Both the position numbers and the translations under genes were made by a program. A stretch of 64,000 nt of DNA from a virus, in IMG/VR virus record IMGVR_UViG_3300047198_000026, positions 1 to 64,000 of that record. One strand, given 5' to 3'. The notes beneath the pieces were generated by a model. It did not search any database. It was not told the origin of the DNA and saw only the letters and a list, made by a program, of their open reading frames with translations. Numbering within the stretch: the first letter of the stretch is position 1; each line of letters opens with the position of its first letter. Positions 25,765 to 34,748 of this stretch are shown piece after piece.

Positions 25765-27852
25765 TTGTCAATTGCTCCAATACAAATGGAAGTTCCTCAG
25801 CCCAGGATTTCAGATATAGTTAATCCTCCTACACCTGGGTCAGAGCGTCTTCCCTTTGCTCCTAATTTAGATATTACTAAGGTCCCTCAGTTCTTAATGA
25901 AATTATTACAGCTAGCTGATCCTACTGGAATGATGTTGGGTGGGGCTTCTCAGGGAATGCAAATTGCAAAGGCTCCTGGAGCTGCTGGGGAAGGTATCAA
26001 TTTACTAGATGCTCTTCGTAATAGAATGCCGGTTCTTAGTAAAGGAATGCCAGAGAGTGTTGCTTCTAGGGCTCAGCAGAATCCTTTAAGTCAGGCACTA
26101 TTTCAAAAGCAGTTTGAACCCACAGGGGCTGCTCTACAAAAGCTAACCGGAGTTCAACCTAGTGAAGATTTGGCTCAATCTTTATTTCAACCTACTGCTG
26201 TGCATTCCTCAATAGCATCTCCCCGTGAGGCATCATATGCCCAAGCTCAAAAGGTGGCTAGTGATCTTCAAAAAAGGTACCCTAGAACGATGCAGGATGT
26301 AAAAGCCGAGATTGGACCAGAATCGTGGGCTAGTACTAAACAGAGGACGCAGGGCGTTTTAGGAACACGGGTTTCTGAAAATGATCCCTTTGGTGTTACA
26401 AAGAAGGCGTCTGTCATATTGGAGCCTGAAGGTGGGATCCTTCCCTATTCCATAGAGGGTACTGTGGGACATGAGTATGAGGGTCATCGGGTTATGAATA
26501 TGATATGGGATCAGGAAGCCACAAATGCCAAACTAAAGCCAGTGGAGAAATGGCAATTAAAAGAAGTGATGAAAGCTCAAAAGTCTAATGAAGGGGTGGC
26601 TGAGTGGGTTGCCCAACAGCAGTCAAAAAAGGCTGGGATAGACAGGACTCCTATAATGGGACATGGGGCAAAACAAAATAAAGTTTATACCCAATTGGAA
26701 AAGATGGAACAATATGATAATCCCATAACAACTGCTAGAAATTATATTAAAGGTTTTATCTCCGACTTCAAAGATAATACCCTTCCAACTCTGAAAAAAG
26801 AACCTATTCACCAGATAATGGATAGGCTGGACCCTGTGGCAAAAAATGTAGCCAAGAGTAAGTATACTGATAAGGACATTGGTGGATTGATTGATTCAGA
26901 GATGAAGAAGGTTATTAGTAGAAAGCAGTCTGGGGTTATAAAAAGTTATAAAGGTGGGGGAATGACAGAACGTGATATCCCCAAAGTTCCGAAGGAAGAA
27001 GAGGGGATTCCACGTCCCTCAGGATATGACCCCAAGACAGGAGCCCGATCGTGGGAGTTTAATCAGCCTAAAGACTTAAAGTTTGAGGACAGAACAATCT
27101 ACCAGCAAGAAAGATATTCTCCCAGAATGCAACCTGAAGACGAAATGATTGTGGCTACCCAGGGGGGTAAAGATGTGGGTATGCTCTGGGTGAGAAAAAC
27201 TCCTGGTGGTGGATTTACAGTAAGTAGAGTAGCAGTAGACAAACCCTATCAGCGTCAGGGTATAGCCTCTGACTTAATGAGGGAGGCAGAATCTAAATTT
27301 GGGAAATCGAAAGGAGCCACTACGGCTGAAACTCCAGCAGGTAAGGCTTTTACTGAAGGAAGATCTGCTAAGGCTAAGGTTGAAGGTCATCATACACTAC
27401 CCGTGGGTGGGAAGACTAATATGGATGCCTTAGATTGGCATCTCAGAAATCTCTGGGAGACACCGGGATCTCCTGGTGGATGGCGGACTATTGAGGATGT
27501 TACTCCAGAGTGGCATAAAGAATTAACAAGAAGGCAACGTCTGCTTAAACCACAATCTAGACAATATGGAGGACCTGTTGAAGCAGATCAACCATATGTT
27601 GTTGGTGAGAAGGGTCCAGAGGTCATAGTGCCTGATAAGTCAGGATACGTCATTCCAGAGTGGGCTAAGGGTAAAATTGGTGGTATGGGACAGTTAATGC
27701 CTGGACAGTTTGCCCCTCAAGAAGGATTTATTAAATTATATACTCCAGAGCCAGATGATGTTAACCCAAAGTTAGGATCGCTAACACACTGGGTAGAATC
27801 GATGACGATGCCTTGGGATAAAAGATGTGAATGGCATCCATGGTCATTTTAA
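25765..27852 (+). CDS. Multidomain protein with a GNAT acetyltransferase domain
   Basis: VSRVAVDKPYQRQGIASDLM acetyl-CoA motif A; HEYEGH; C-terminal GGPV...YVVGEKGPEVIVP. Confidence 0.7.
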   Translation: MSIAPIQMEVPQPRISDIVNPPTPGSERLPFAPNLDITKVPQFLMKLLQLADPTGMMLGGASQGMQIAKAPGAAGEGINLLDALRNRMPVLSKGMPESVASRAQQNPLSQALFQKQFEPTGAALQKLTGVQPSEDLAQSLFQPTAVHSSIASPREASYAQAQKVASDLQKRYPRTMQDVKAEIGPESWASTKQRTQGVLGTRVSENDPFGVTKKASVILEPEGGILPYSIEGTVGHEYEGHRVMNMIWDQEATNAKLKPVEKWQLKEVMKAQKSNEGVAEWVAQQQSKKAGIDRTPIMGHGAKQNKVYTQLEKMEQYDNPITTARNYIKGFISDFKDNTLPTLKKEPIHQIMDRLDPVAKNVAKSKYTDKDIGGLIDSEMKKVISRKQSGVIKSYKGGGMTERDIPKVPKEEEGIPRPSGYDPKTGARSWEFNQPKDLKFEDRTIYQQERYSPRMQPEDEMIVATQGGKDVGMLWVRKTPGGGFTVSRVAVDKPYQRQGIASDLMREAESKFGKSKGATTAETPAGKAFTEGRSAKAKVEGHHTLPVGGKTNMDALDWHLRNLWETPGSPGGWRTIEDVTPEWHKELTRRQRLLKPQSRQYGGPVEADQPYVVGEKGPEVIVPDKSGYVIPEWAKGKIGGMGQLMPGQFAPQEGFIKLYTPEPDDVNPKLGSLTHWVESMTMPWDKRCEWHPWSF

Positions 27853-27867
27853 GAGGAGAGAAGACAA

Positions 27868-29739
27868 GTGGCTGATTCAGATTTCAGGAAGAATCCAGTA
27901 GATTCGGTGACCTCTCTGTTTGACATAATCAAACGATGGAGAGATCCATATGAGAGTCGATGGAAGCGGTTTTATAAATTATATAGAAGTTATAGAGACG
28001 TACAGACCACGACACTCAAATCGAATATCTTTGTTCCGTATATATTTTCAATTGTTGAAAGTATCGTGCCAAAAATGCTAGGCACCCTTTTCAACACACG
28101 CCCCATTATCTCCGTTATGCCAAGGGGAGGAGAATATGGCGGGCTGGCCAAATTGCTAGAGAAGGTTTTAGAATATCAGCTTGATGAAGATCAGTTGGAA
28201 CTCTTCTCTAAGATCCTTGAGTTCTTTAAAGAAGCTGTTATCTATGGAACAAGTTTTGCCAAGGTAATTCCTAGGTTTGGTGATGATGATCTTGTGTCCT
28301 TTAATTATATTGACATGGAGCCAGTTGACCTATTTAATATCTATCCAGATTACAGGGCCAAGTCAATTAAGAGAATGAAGTTTATTATCCAGTTGTCATA
28401 TGTAGACTATGACGAGTTGGAAAGTCTGTATACACAGAAGTTCTATAAGAATGTGCCCCAGCTCCTTAATATGTTAGAGAGCATGGCCATTGTAGACGAG
28501 GCCAAAAGGAAAAGGTTAACCAGCGTAGGAATTCTAGATGAGTATGGTTTTGACCCAGACCGTAAAATAATAGAAGTTCTTGAATACTGGGACCGTGATC
28601 AGATCTACACAGTAGGCGCCAGAAGGGTATTGCTGAAGGAAGAAGACAACCCATTAGGCAAGTTATTGCCTTTCATGATGGCAAGATACATACCCGTACA
28701 GCATGAACTCTATGGCATTGGTATCCCAGAGATTTCAGAGAGTCTTCAGGAGGAATTAAACAGTGTTAGGAACCAACGGGCGGATAACGTCAACCTCATT
28801 ATCAATCGTATGTTTATTGCTAACAAGTATGCTGATATTGATTTTGACAGTCTTGTTTCTTACCCGGGCAATGTTATCCTTACCAACGATGTAACAGCAA
28901 TTAAAGATTTGGATACCCGAGATGTTACAAAATCGGCTTACATGGAAGAGGAAATAATCAAGCGCGACATTGACAATGCAACAGGTGAATATGAGTATTC
29001 CAGGGGGGCCACACCTCCAAGGCGTGAGACGGCAACTGGTATCGTCAGGTTGCAGCAGGCCAGTAACATTAGGTTTGATACAGTGGTGAAGTTGGTGGAG
29101 TTTACTATCATTAGGTCTATTGCTAAAGCATTCTTGTGGTTAGACTATCACTTCTTGCCAAGGGAAGATTTCATAAAGATTGTTGGTGAGGGTGACTATC
29201 AAAGGAATCAAGGAGACCTATTCTATTCCCAAGACCTAGATGAGATCTTAAAGATGTTCCACTTCCAGCCAATGGGATCATCCACAACGGCTGTGAAGGA
29301 AGTTAGGATCCAGCAGATTATGCAGGCTTATAAGTTGTTTAATCAGGATCCCTTTGTCAATCAGATTGAACTTCGTAAGTTAGTTATGGATGTTCTTGAT
29401 TTGAAGAATCAATCTAGATTGTTGATTGAAGATCCAGTGAAGTATGCCCAGATGATATTGGCCCAAGCCCAAGAACAGGGCGGAGGCCCCCCTCCAGGGG
29501 GAGGTCCAGGCGGACCACCTCATCCAGGACAACCACAGAAGGGGCCGCAGGGTCCACCTGCCAAGAGGCCACAGGCCAAAGGGCAGTCCCAAGGACCGCC
29601 ATCCCAAATGCCTCCACAAGTTCCTCAACCAGGAAGAGGGACTCAACCATTAGAAAGACAGTTATCTGAAATGCTTAAGATATCCGGTGGCGGAATGAGC
29701 CGTACCGGAGGAATGCCAGCAGCCCAAGTGATGGCTTAA
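27868..29739 (+). CDS. Portal protein
   Basis: 623 aa after TerL; SNIFVPY, YGIGIPE, ETATG motifs; Pro/Gln/Gly tail. Confidence 0.85.
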   Translation: MADSDFRKNPVDSVTSLFDIIKRWRDPYESRWKRFYKLYRSYRDVQTTTLKSNIFVPYIFSIVESIVPKMLGTLFNTRPIISVMPRGGEYGGLAKLLEKVLEYQLDEDQLELFSKILEFFKEAVIYGTSFAKVIPRFGDDDLVSFNYIDMEPVDLFNIYPDYRAKSIKRMKFIIQLSYVDYDELESLYTQKFYKNVPQLLNMLESMAIVDEAKRKRLTSVGILDEYGFDPDRKIIEVLEYWDRDQIYTVGARRVLLKEEDNPLGKLLPFMMARYIPVQHELYGIGIPEISESLQEELNSVRNQRADNVNLIINRMFIANKYADIDFDSLVSYPGNVILTNDVTAIKDLDTRDVTKSAYMEEEIIKRDIDNATGEYEYSRGATPPRRETATGIVRLQQASNIRFDTVVKLVEFTIIRSIAKAFLWLDYHFLPREDFIKIVGEGDYQRNQGDLFYSQDLDEILKMFHFQPMGSSTTAVKEVRIQQIMQAYKLFNQDPFVNQIELRKLVMDVLDLKNQSRLLIEDPVKYAQMILAQAQEQGGGPPPGGGPGGPPHPGQPQKGPQGPPAKRPQAKGQSQGPPSQMPPQVPQPGRGTQPLERQLSEMLKISGGGMSRTGGMPAAQVMA

Positions 29740-29753
29740 ATTGGAGATAAATA

Positions 29754-30074
29754 ATGGGATTAGATAGAAAAGATTTACCAGGTTTTATGGAAGGAAATCC
29801 AACGAAGCCCTTTAATCCAGATAAGGCCAAATTGGATTTGGTAGAAGGCAGTGCGATTCTTGCAATGACCCAATCACCAGGTTGGGCCGTTCTGCGCAAG
29901 AAATTTATAGATCCACACACAAGTGTGGATAGGCTATTGGCGGCTAAACCAGAGACCCTTTTGGAGGAAAGGGCTAAACTAGTTGAACTGCAAAACCTAT
30001 TATCATTTATTGAGCGTGCCATAAATGATGCTCAAAAAGCCTCAAAAGATATTAAAGAGGCCCAAAAAGCATAA
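29754..30074 (+). CDS. Small helical protein after portal
   Basis: ORF track; SPGW motif; position. Confidence 0.65.
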   Translation: MGLDRKDLPGFMEGNPTKPFNPDKAKLDLVEGSAILAMTQSPGWAVLRKKFIDPHTSVDRLLAAKPETLLEERAKLVELQNLLSFIERAINDAQKASKDIKEAQKA

Positions 30075-30087
30075 GGAGGAAAAAATT

Positions 30088-31077
30088 ATGTCAAGTAACA
30101 AAAGGAAAACCTTGGAGGAATTGCAGGAGCGAATCCACCAAGGCCTAGATGTTTCTGATGACGATTTAGCGGTGCTGTTTACAGGTGAAGGGGAACCCCC
30201 AGCCGGAACAGCAGATCCCGCGACAACTGCTCCGCAAGCAGCCGCACCGACGGCCCCAGACCCGAATGCAGCCCCTCCGGCTGAACCGAGTACGGGAGAA
30301 CCCGACCTCTTAGCTGTACTGCCCGACAAGTTTAAGAGTAAAGACGTAAAGGAGTCGATAAGTAAGATGGTTCAGAGTTATTCTGAACTTGAAACCCGAC
30401 TTGCTAAACAGGGCGATGAATTAGCGAAGGCCAGGCAGGCTGCGCAAGAGCCAGCGGCTAGGCCTGCTAGGGTACCAGTGAGGGAGGTTCCTCCACAACC
30501 TTCTGTACCACCGGTGTCCGAAGATGATGAAATGACCTTTCTGGATAAACCAAGATCGGAATCCCGTAAAGAAGCTGCACAAATTGTGTGGCAGGCAATA
30601 CAGGCCTATGATACTTGGAGAACCAGGACGGACTTCATCAACAAGTTTAGAGGTGAGCATCCTGACTTTGACAACTATCGAAATGAGATGGCTGAGATTT
30701 TGGCACAAAGGACTGATCTCAATCAGGACTTTGGGTCTCTCCCAGTTGTCTATCAGATGGCCAAAGATCTCTTTAACAAGAGAGTTCAGTCTGCGATCAC
30801 CCCTACACCGCAGGTCAATGTCGAAGAGCTTGAAGCAAAGCTCCGCGCAAAGCTAGACGCCGAATACCAGGAGAGGGAGAAGAACATGGTTTCTAAAATC
30901 CTTGAAGGTGTTCGAAAACGTCAAGCAGCGGGTGGCATCTCCTCAACTGGAAGTCCGCCTGTGAATCCGGCTGATAGGGCGGGAAACCCTCCGAAACAGA
31001 CCCCACAGACGCCAGAAGAGAAAGAGTTTCAGGACATGCTAAACGCAGGTCCGCGACGTCTTGACGTCGGAGTTTAA
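30088..31077 (+). CDS. Capsid scaffolding protein
   Basis: LPDKFK...SYSELE; acidic/Pro-rich and coiled-coil; immediately before the capsid gene. Confidence 0.75.
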   Translation: MSSNKRKTLEELQERIHQGLDVSDDDLAVLFTGEGEPPAGTADPATTAPQAAAPTAPDPNAAPPAEPSTGEPDLLAVLPDKFKSKDVKESISKMVQSYSELETRLAKQGDELAKARQAAQEPAARPARVPVREVPPQPSVPPVSEDDEMTFLDKPRSESRKEAAQIVWQAIQAYDTWRTRTDFINKFRGEHPDFDNYRNEMAEILAQRTDLNQDFGSLPVVYQMAKDLFNKRVQSAITPTPQVNVEELEAKLRAKLDAEYQEREKNMVSKILEGVRKRQAAGGISSTGSPPVNPADRAGNPPKQTPQTPEEKEFQDMLNAGPRRLDVGV

Positions 31078-31105
31078 ATCCCTACTCGGGAGGTGAAAAT
31101 TATAA

Positions 31106-32323
31106 ATGGCAGATCTAACGATGATCACCAATGCTACCGGTACTCAGAGCATACTGAGTGCACAGAAAGTCATTGACATCGCCGATAAGATTTACCTTTT
31201 GGAGCCCAATGCTGCACCTTTATACGTGCTGGTTAGTAAGCTTAATAAAAAGGTTGCGATCAACACCAAGTATTCTTGGTTAGAGGACGATCTTAATCCA
31301 ACATGGTCAACTTTCGCAGTGTCAGCGGTTTCTTCCGCTACTGCTCTTACTGGTTACAATGATGCAGAATCAGCCTACTTTAATAAGTTTGACCTTATCA
31401 AGATCCCTAGGACGGGTGAGGTTATACTAATTCAAAGTATTTCTGGTTCAGCATTCACGGTACTCAGGGGGTATGGAAAAGACTCTTCTGGAGCATCCGC
31501 ACAGGCGATTTCCACCAGTGATGCGTTCTTCAGAATCGGCACAGCTTTCCAGGAAGGATCACCGTATAGCGATCTAGTGACCAAATCAACTCAAACTGTG
31601 GAAGTAGCCAACTACCTCCAGATCTTCAGAACCTCTGTTGAGATCACGAAGTCTTTAGCTAATACAGAATTGTATGGCGGGGCGGACAGACCTTATCAGA
31701 GAAAGAAGAAAGGTATTGAATTGATGCGAGATCTAGAAAGAGCTTTCCTCTTTGGATATCCAGTTGAGGATAATCGGTCAGCCACCGTTTCTCAGGGACA
31801 TGCCCGGAGAACTACTGGTGGGGTGGACTACTTTGTAGCCACTAACTCTACCAATATGGGTGGGGTTATGACAGAATCCGAATTTGAGACATTCTTGAGG
31901 ACGATCTTCAGGTATGGTAGTACTACCAGATACTTGTTCTGCGCTCCTTTGATTCTCTCTGTAGTGAGTCAGTGGGCACAGGGGAAACTTCAAATGTTCC
32001 CCAAGGACAAGACATATGGTATTGCTATTACACAGTACCTGTCTCCACACGGATCGATTAACTTGGTTAAAGATGTTATTCTGGAACACTTTGCTGCTGG
32101 TTATCCTGCTGCTTGGGGTTCAACATCCTACTATGGCGGTTACGCCTATGCACTTGAACTTGAGAATTTAGCTTATCGTTACCTACAAAATAGGGACGTC
32201 CAGATGGAGACTGACATTCAGCTCCCTGGCGACGATAGTTACAAGGATCAGTACATTTGCGAAGTGGGTCTTGAGTTCCGACAGGAGCGGACCATGGGAA
32301 AAGTCTACGGAGTAACAGGTTAA
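31106..32323 (+). CDS. Major capsid protein (HK97 fold, DUF5309-like)
   Basis: IDIADKIYLLEP..APL, YSWLED, NYLQIF, RDLERAFLFG, RTTGG; strong GGAGGTG RBS. Confidence 0.85.
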   Translation: MADLTMITNATGTQSILSAQKVIDIADKIYLLEPNAAPLYVLVSKLNKKVAINTKYSWLEDDLNPTWSTFAVSAVSSATALTGYNDAESAYFNKFDLIKIPRTGEVILIQSISGSAFTVLRGYGKDSSGASAQAISTSDAFFRIGTAFQEGSPYSDLVTKSTQTVEVANYLQIFRTSVEITKSLANTELYGGADRPYQRKKKGIELMRDLERAFLFGYPVEDNRSATVSQGHARRTTGGVDYFVATNSTNMGGVMTESEFETFLRTIFRYGSTTRYLFCAPLILSVVSQWAQGKLQMFPKDKTYGIAITQYLSPHGSINLVKDVILEHFAAGYPAAWGSTSYYGGYAYALELENLAYRYLQNRDVQMETDIQLPGDDSYKDQYICEVGLEFRQERTMGKVYGVTG

Positions 32324-32379
32324 TCCTATTAACCTTTAACCGTTAACAATTTAACACTTTCAAGCTAGAGGGAGGAACC

Positions 32380-32763
32380 ATGAGGAATAAGGAACTTAAC
32401 CTGGCCTATATTTCTGGGTTATTTGACATGGGAGGATGTGTAAGGATTGAAACCCCTAAGACGGGTTCAAGGTCATCCTTGTATGTCTGGATAACAGCAA
32501 AAGAGTTCAAGCTCGTTGAACAACTTCAAATTATGGCAGGGGCCATAATAGGTCCGAAGTCTGATGGACAATGGAGGGCCAAATGGAGGGATAAGCGAGC
32601 ACTCAATCTTCTTCAAAGTATTCTGCCTCATCTAAGGAGTCAGAAGAGAATTGAAGAGGTAAACATCGGAGTAGAGTTTATGAAGAATAGACTTGAAACA
32701 CCCGATGACAATCAAGATATAATCTATAAGCTGCGGCTGAGACTAACGAAAGCTGCAAAATAA
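32380..32763 (+). CDS. LAGLIDADG homing-endonuclease-like protein (degenerate motif)
   Basis: LAYISGLFDMGGCV...ILPHL. Confidence 0.7.
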   Translation: MRNKELNLAYISGLFDMGGCVRIETPKTGSRSSLYVWITAKEFKLVEQLQIMAGAIIGPKSDGQWRAKWRDKRALNLLQSILPHLRSQKRIEEVNIGVEFMKNRLETPDDNQDIIYKLRLRLTKAAK

Positions 32764-32773
32764 GGAGGACACA

Positions 32774-33316
32774 ATGGATTTTGTATCAAGACGAAGGCAA
32801 TTACGAATTGTTATTAAACCCGCGGATAGGGTAATGGATGAGCAAAGAAGGGTCACCCAAATAAGAGGTGCAACGGCTGAATTTAGTAATAACAAATTTT
32901 CAACCGAAGACCCTTATATCATTGAAAAGCTTTTGACTCACGGGGAATATGGAGCCGAATTTACTTCCGTGCAGGATGGACCTGGCTGGTTGAAAGAGAT
33001 TGAGGCTAATCGTAAGTCAATTGTGGTCGTATCTGGAGCCAGATCAACGACTAATATAGCAGGGGGTCCTAGAGAGGAAGCCCCTTTGCCAACAAGGCCA
33101 ACTGAGGTAGTGGCTACATCTCCTGACCTTCAGACCATTATAAAGGATGAGATCGCCAAGGCTATGGCTCAGATTAGAGAGGAGCTCAAGCCAAAGGAGA
33201 AGAGGGTCTTCAAGTGCAAAAAGTGTGATGAAGTGTTTCCCTCAGGCTATGATGTTGGAGCCCATATGAAAATTGCCCACCCAAAACCCGCCGTCGCTGC
33301 AATACCTAAAGAGTGA
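32774..33316 (+). CDS. Hypothetical protein with C-terminal C2H2 Zn finger
   Basis: FKCKKCDEVF...HMKIAH. Confidence 0.7.
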   Translation: MDFVSRRRQLRIVIKPADRVMDEQRRVTQIRGATAEFSNNKFSTEDPYIIEKLLTHGEYGAEFTSVQDGPGWLKEIEANRKSIVVVSGARSTTNIAGGPREEAPLPTRPTEVVATSPDLQTIIKDEIAKAMAQIREELKPKEKRVFKCKKCDEVFPSGYDVGAHMKIAHPKPAVAAIPKE

Positions 33317-33765
33317 CATATAGAGCCCAATCCAACAGGTTGGGCTCTATCCTATCTAATATGAAAGAGAATAACCATAAAGAAGACAAACTCAGAGCAT
33401 CTAGAGTCTTTAGTAATAGGAATGAGTCAGCTGGGATGTGTCGTCAATGTGGAAAGCATCCTCCAAAAGTTGAACGAAAACTATGTGGGATTTGTATTCA
33501 GGGGGCAGTAGAGAGACACCGTTCAGCTCGTAGAAAGATTAAGCACCTAGCCATTGAATATTTGGGAGGATCCTGTTCTATTTGTGGTTTAAAAGACCCT
33601 GTTGAAGCCATCTATGATTTTCATCATAAAGACCCTAAGGTAAAAGATATTGGAATCTCGGTGATGAGATCGTGGACTTGGGAACGAGTAGTAATCGAAC
33701 TAGATAAGTGTATTTTAGTTTGTTCAAATTGTCATAGAAAAATACATTACACTCAGGAGTTGTGA
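33313..33765 (+). CDS. HNH endonuclease
   Basis: CSICG...YDFHH...KCILVCSNCHRKIH. Confidence 0.85.
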   Translation: MTYRAQSNRLGSILSNMKENNHKEDKLRASRVFSNRNESAGMCRQCGKHPPKVERKLCGICIQGAVERHRSARRKIKHLAIEYLGGSCSICGLKDPVEAIYDFHHKDPKVKDIGISVMRSWTWERVVIELDKCILVCSNCHRKIHYTQEL

Positions 33766-34499
33766 GAAGTATGAATTATGGGGTACTAGTTGACAGAGTA
33801 GCATCTTATCTCGATCGAACCGATCTAGGGGATTCTACTTCTGCGCCCTTATCCTCTACCAAGATTGGTGGATGGATAAACGACACAATTAAAGATATAG
33901 CCCTAAAATATAACTTTAACTATCTCTATGTGGAGGCCACTATCAGCACGTCAGGTGGGACTTCAAACTACGGTTTACCCGATGATTATATGGGGCACTT
34001 GGATATGTTTTTGGGGACTAAGAAACTTGTCCGTATTGATCCCCGAGAGTTTGATTCTCTACATGGAGACAATGTGGCTATAGTGGATAGTGATACAGCC
34101 AATCCCTTATTATATACCACTAGTTCCTTAGAATTGGGTGAGCCAGACTATTATATTGATCGGGGGATGGCGTTTCAACTTTATCCAAAGCCAGACGGTG
34201 TCTACACCATCACTCTGAAATACTATGCCCAGCCTACCGATGTAGGAGTCTCGGCTGATGAAAATTATATTATGAGATTCCATCCGGAAACTGTCATCTT
34301 TGGAGCTGTGATGAGGGGTTCTCTATTTTTAGATGATCAAGCCAAAGTTCAACAGTTTGCTCCTGCCTATGTAGCCTCACTACAGGAGATTGTAAATAAG
34401 GAAAAAGAAAAGAAGAAGCAGGATACCATCGTTCGATTTAAGACAGCTAAGGACTTCTCAATTGAACAAATGAAAAGAATGATGAAGGTAAACAACTAA
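33762..34499 (+). CDS. Head-tail adaptor (tail tubular protein A-like)
   Basis: YGLPDDY, GEPDYY, LYPKPDGVY; position. Confidence 0.7.
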   Translation: MRSMNYGVLVDRVASYLDRTDLGDSTSAPLSSTKIGGWINDTIKDIALKYNFNYLYVEATISTSGGTSNYGLPDDYMGHLDMFLGTKKLVRIDPREFDSLHGDNVAIVDSDTANPLLYTTSSLELGEPDYYIDRGMAFQLYPKPDGVYTITLKYYAQPTDVGVSADENYIMRFHPETVIFGAVMRGSLFLDDQAKVQQFAPAYVASLQEIVNKEKEKKKQDTIVRFKTAKDFSIEQMKRMMKVNN

Positions 34500-34500
34500 A

Positions 34501-34731
34501 ATGACAACTTGGACTAAACTTACTCAACCAGTGACATCTTGGATAAACAAAGTAGTATTTCTAGCAACCGGTAGGGGTCGTTGGTTTCGGGATCCTTGGT
34601 TTGGAAGTTGGTTTAATTCTGGCTTTGAGTGGGGGAAAACTACTCCTCCTAGTGACACGTGGGATGTGACTTCCAGACCTACATCAGTCTGGACAAAGAA
34701 AGTACCACCTAGTTCTACGTGGACAAAATAA
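34501..34731 (+). CDS. Small Trp/Thr-rich virion-associated protein
   Basis: Repeated WTK/TW motifs. Confidence 0.55.
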   Translation: MTTWTKLTQPVTSWINKVVFLATGRGRWFRDPWFGSWFNSGFEWGKTTPPSDTWDVTSRPTSVWTKKVPPSSTWTK

Positions 34732-34748
34732 ATTGAAGGGGACTTAAT

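Noticed and set aside
27559-27660. Tape-measure protein implying a long tail
   Set aside because: Only a short motif; no tail tube, sheath or long tape-measure gene; adaptor-nozzle-ejection order indicates a short tail
32324-32773. Group I intron around the LAGLIDADG ORFs (also 43906..44335)
   Set aside because: Flanking genes are complete and the gaps are too short for an intron core
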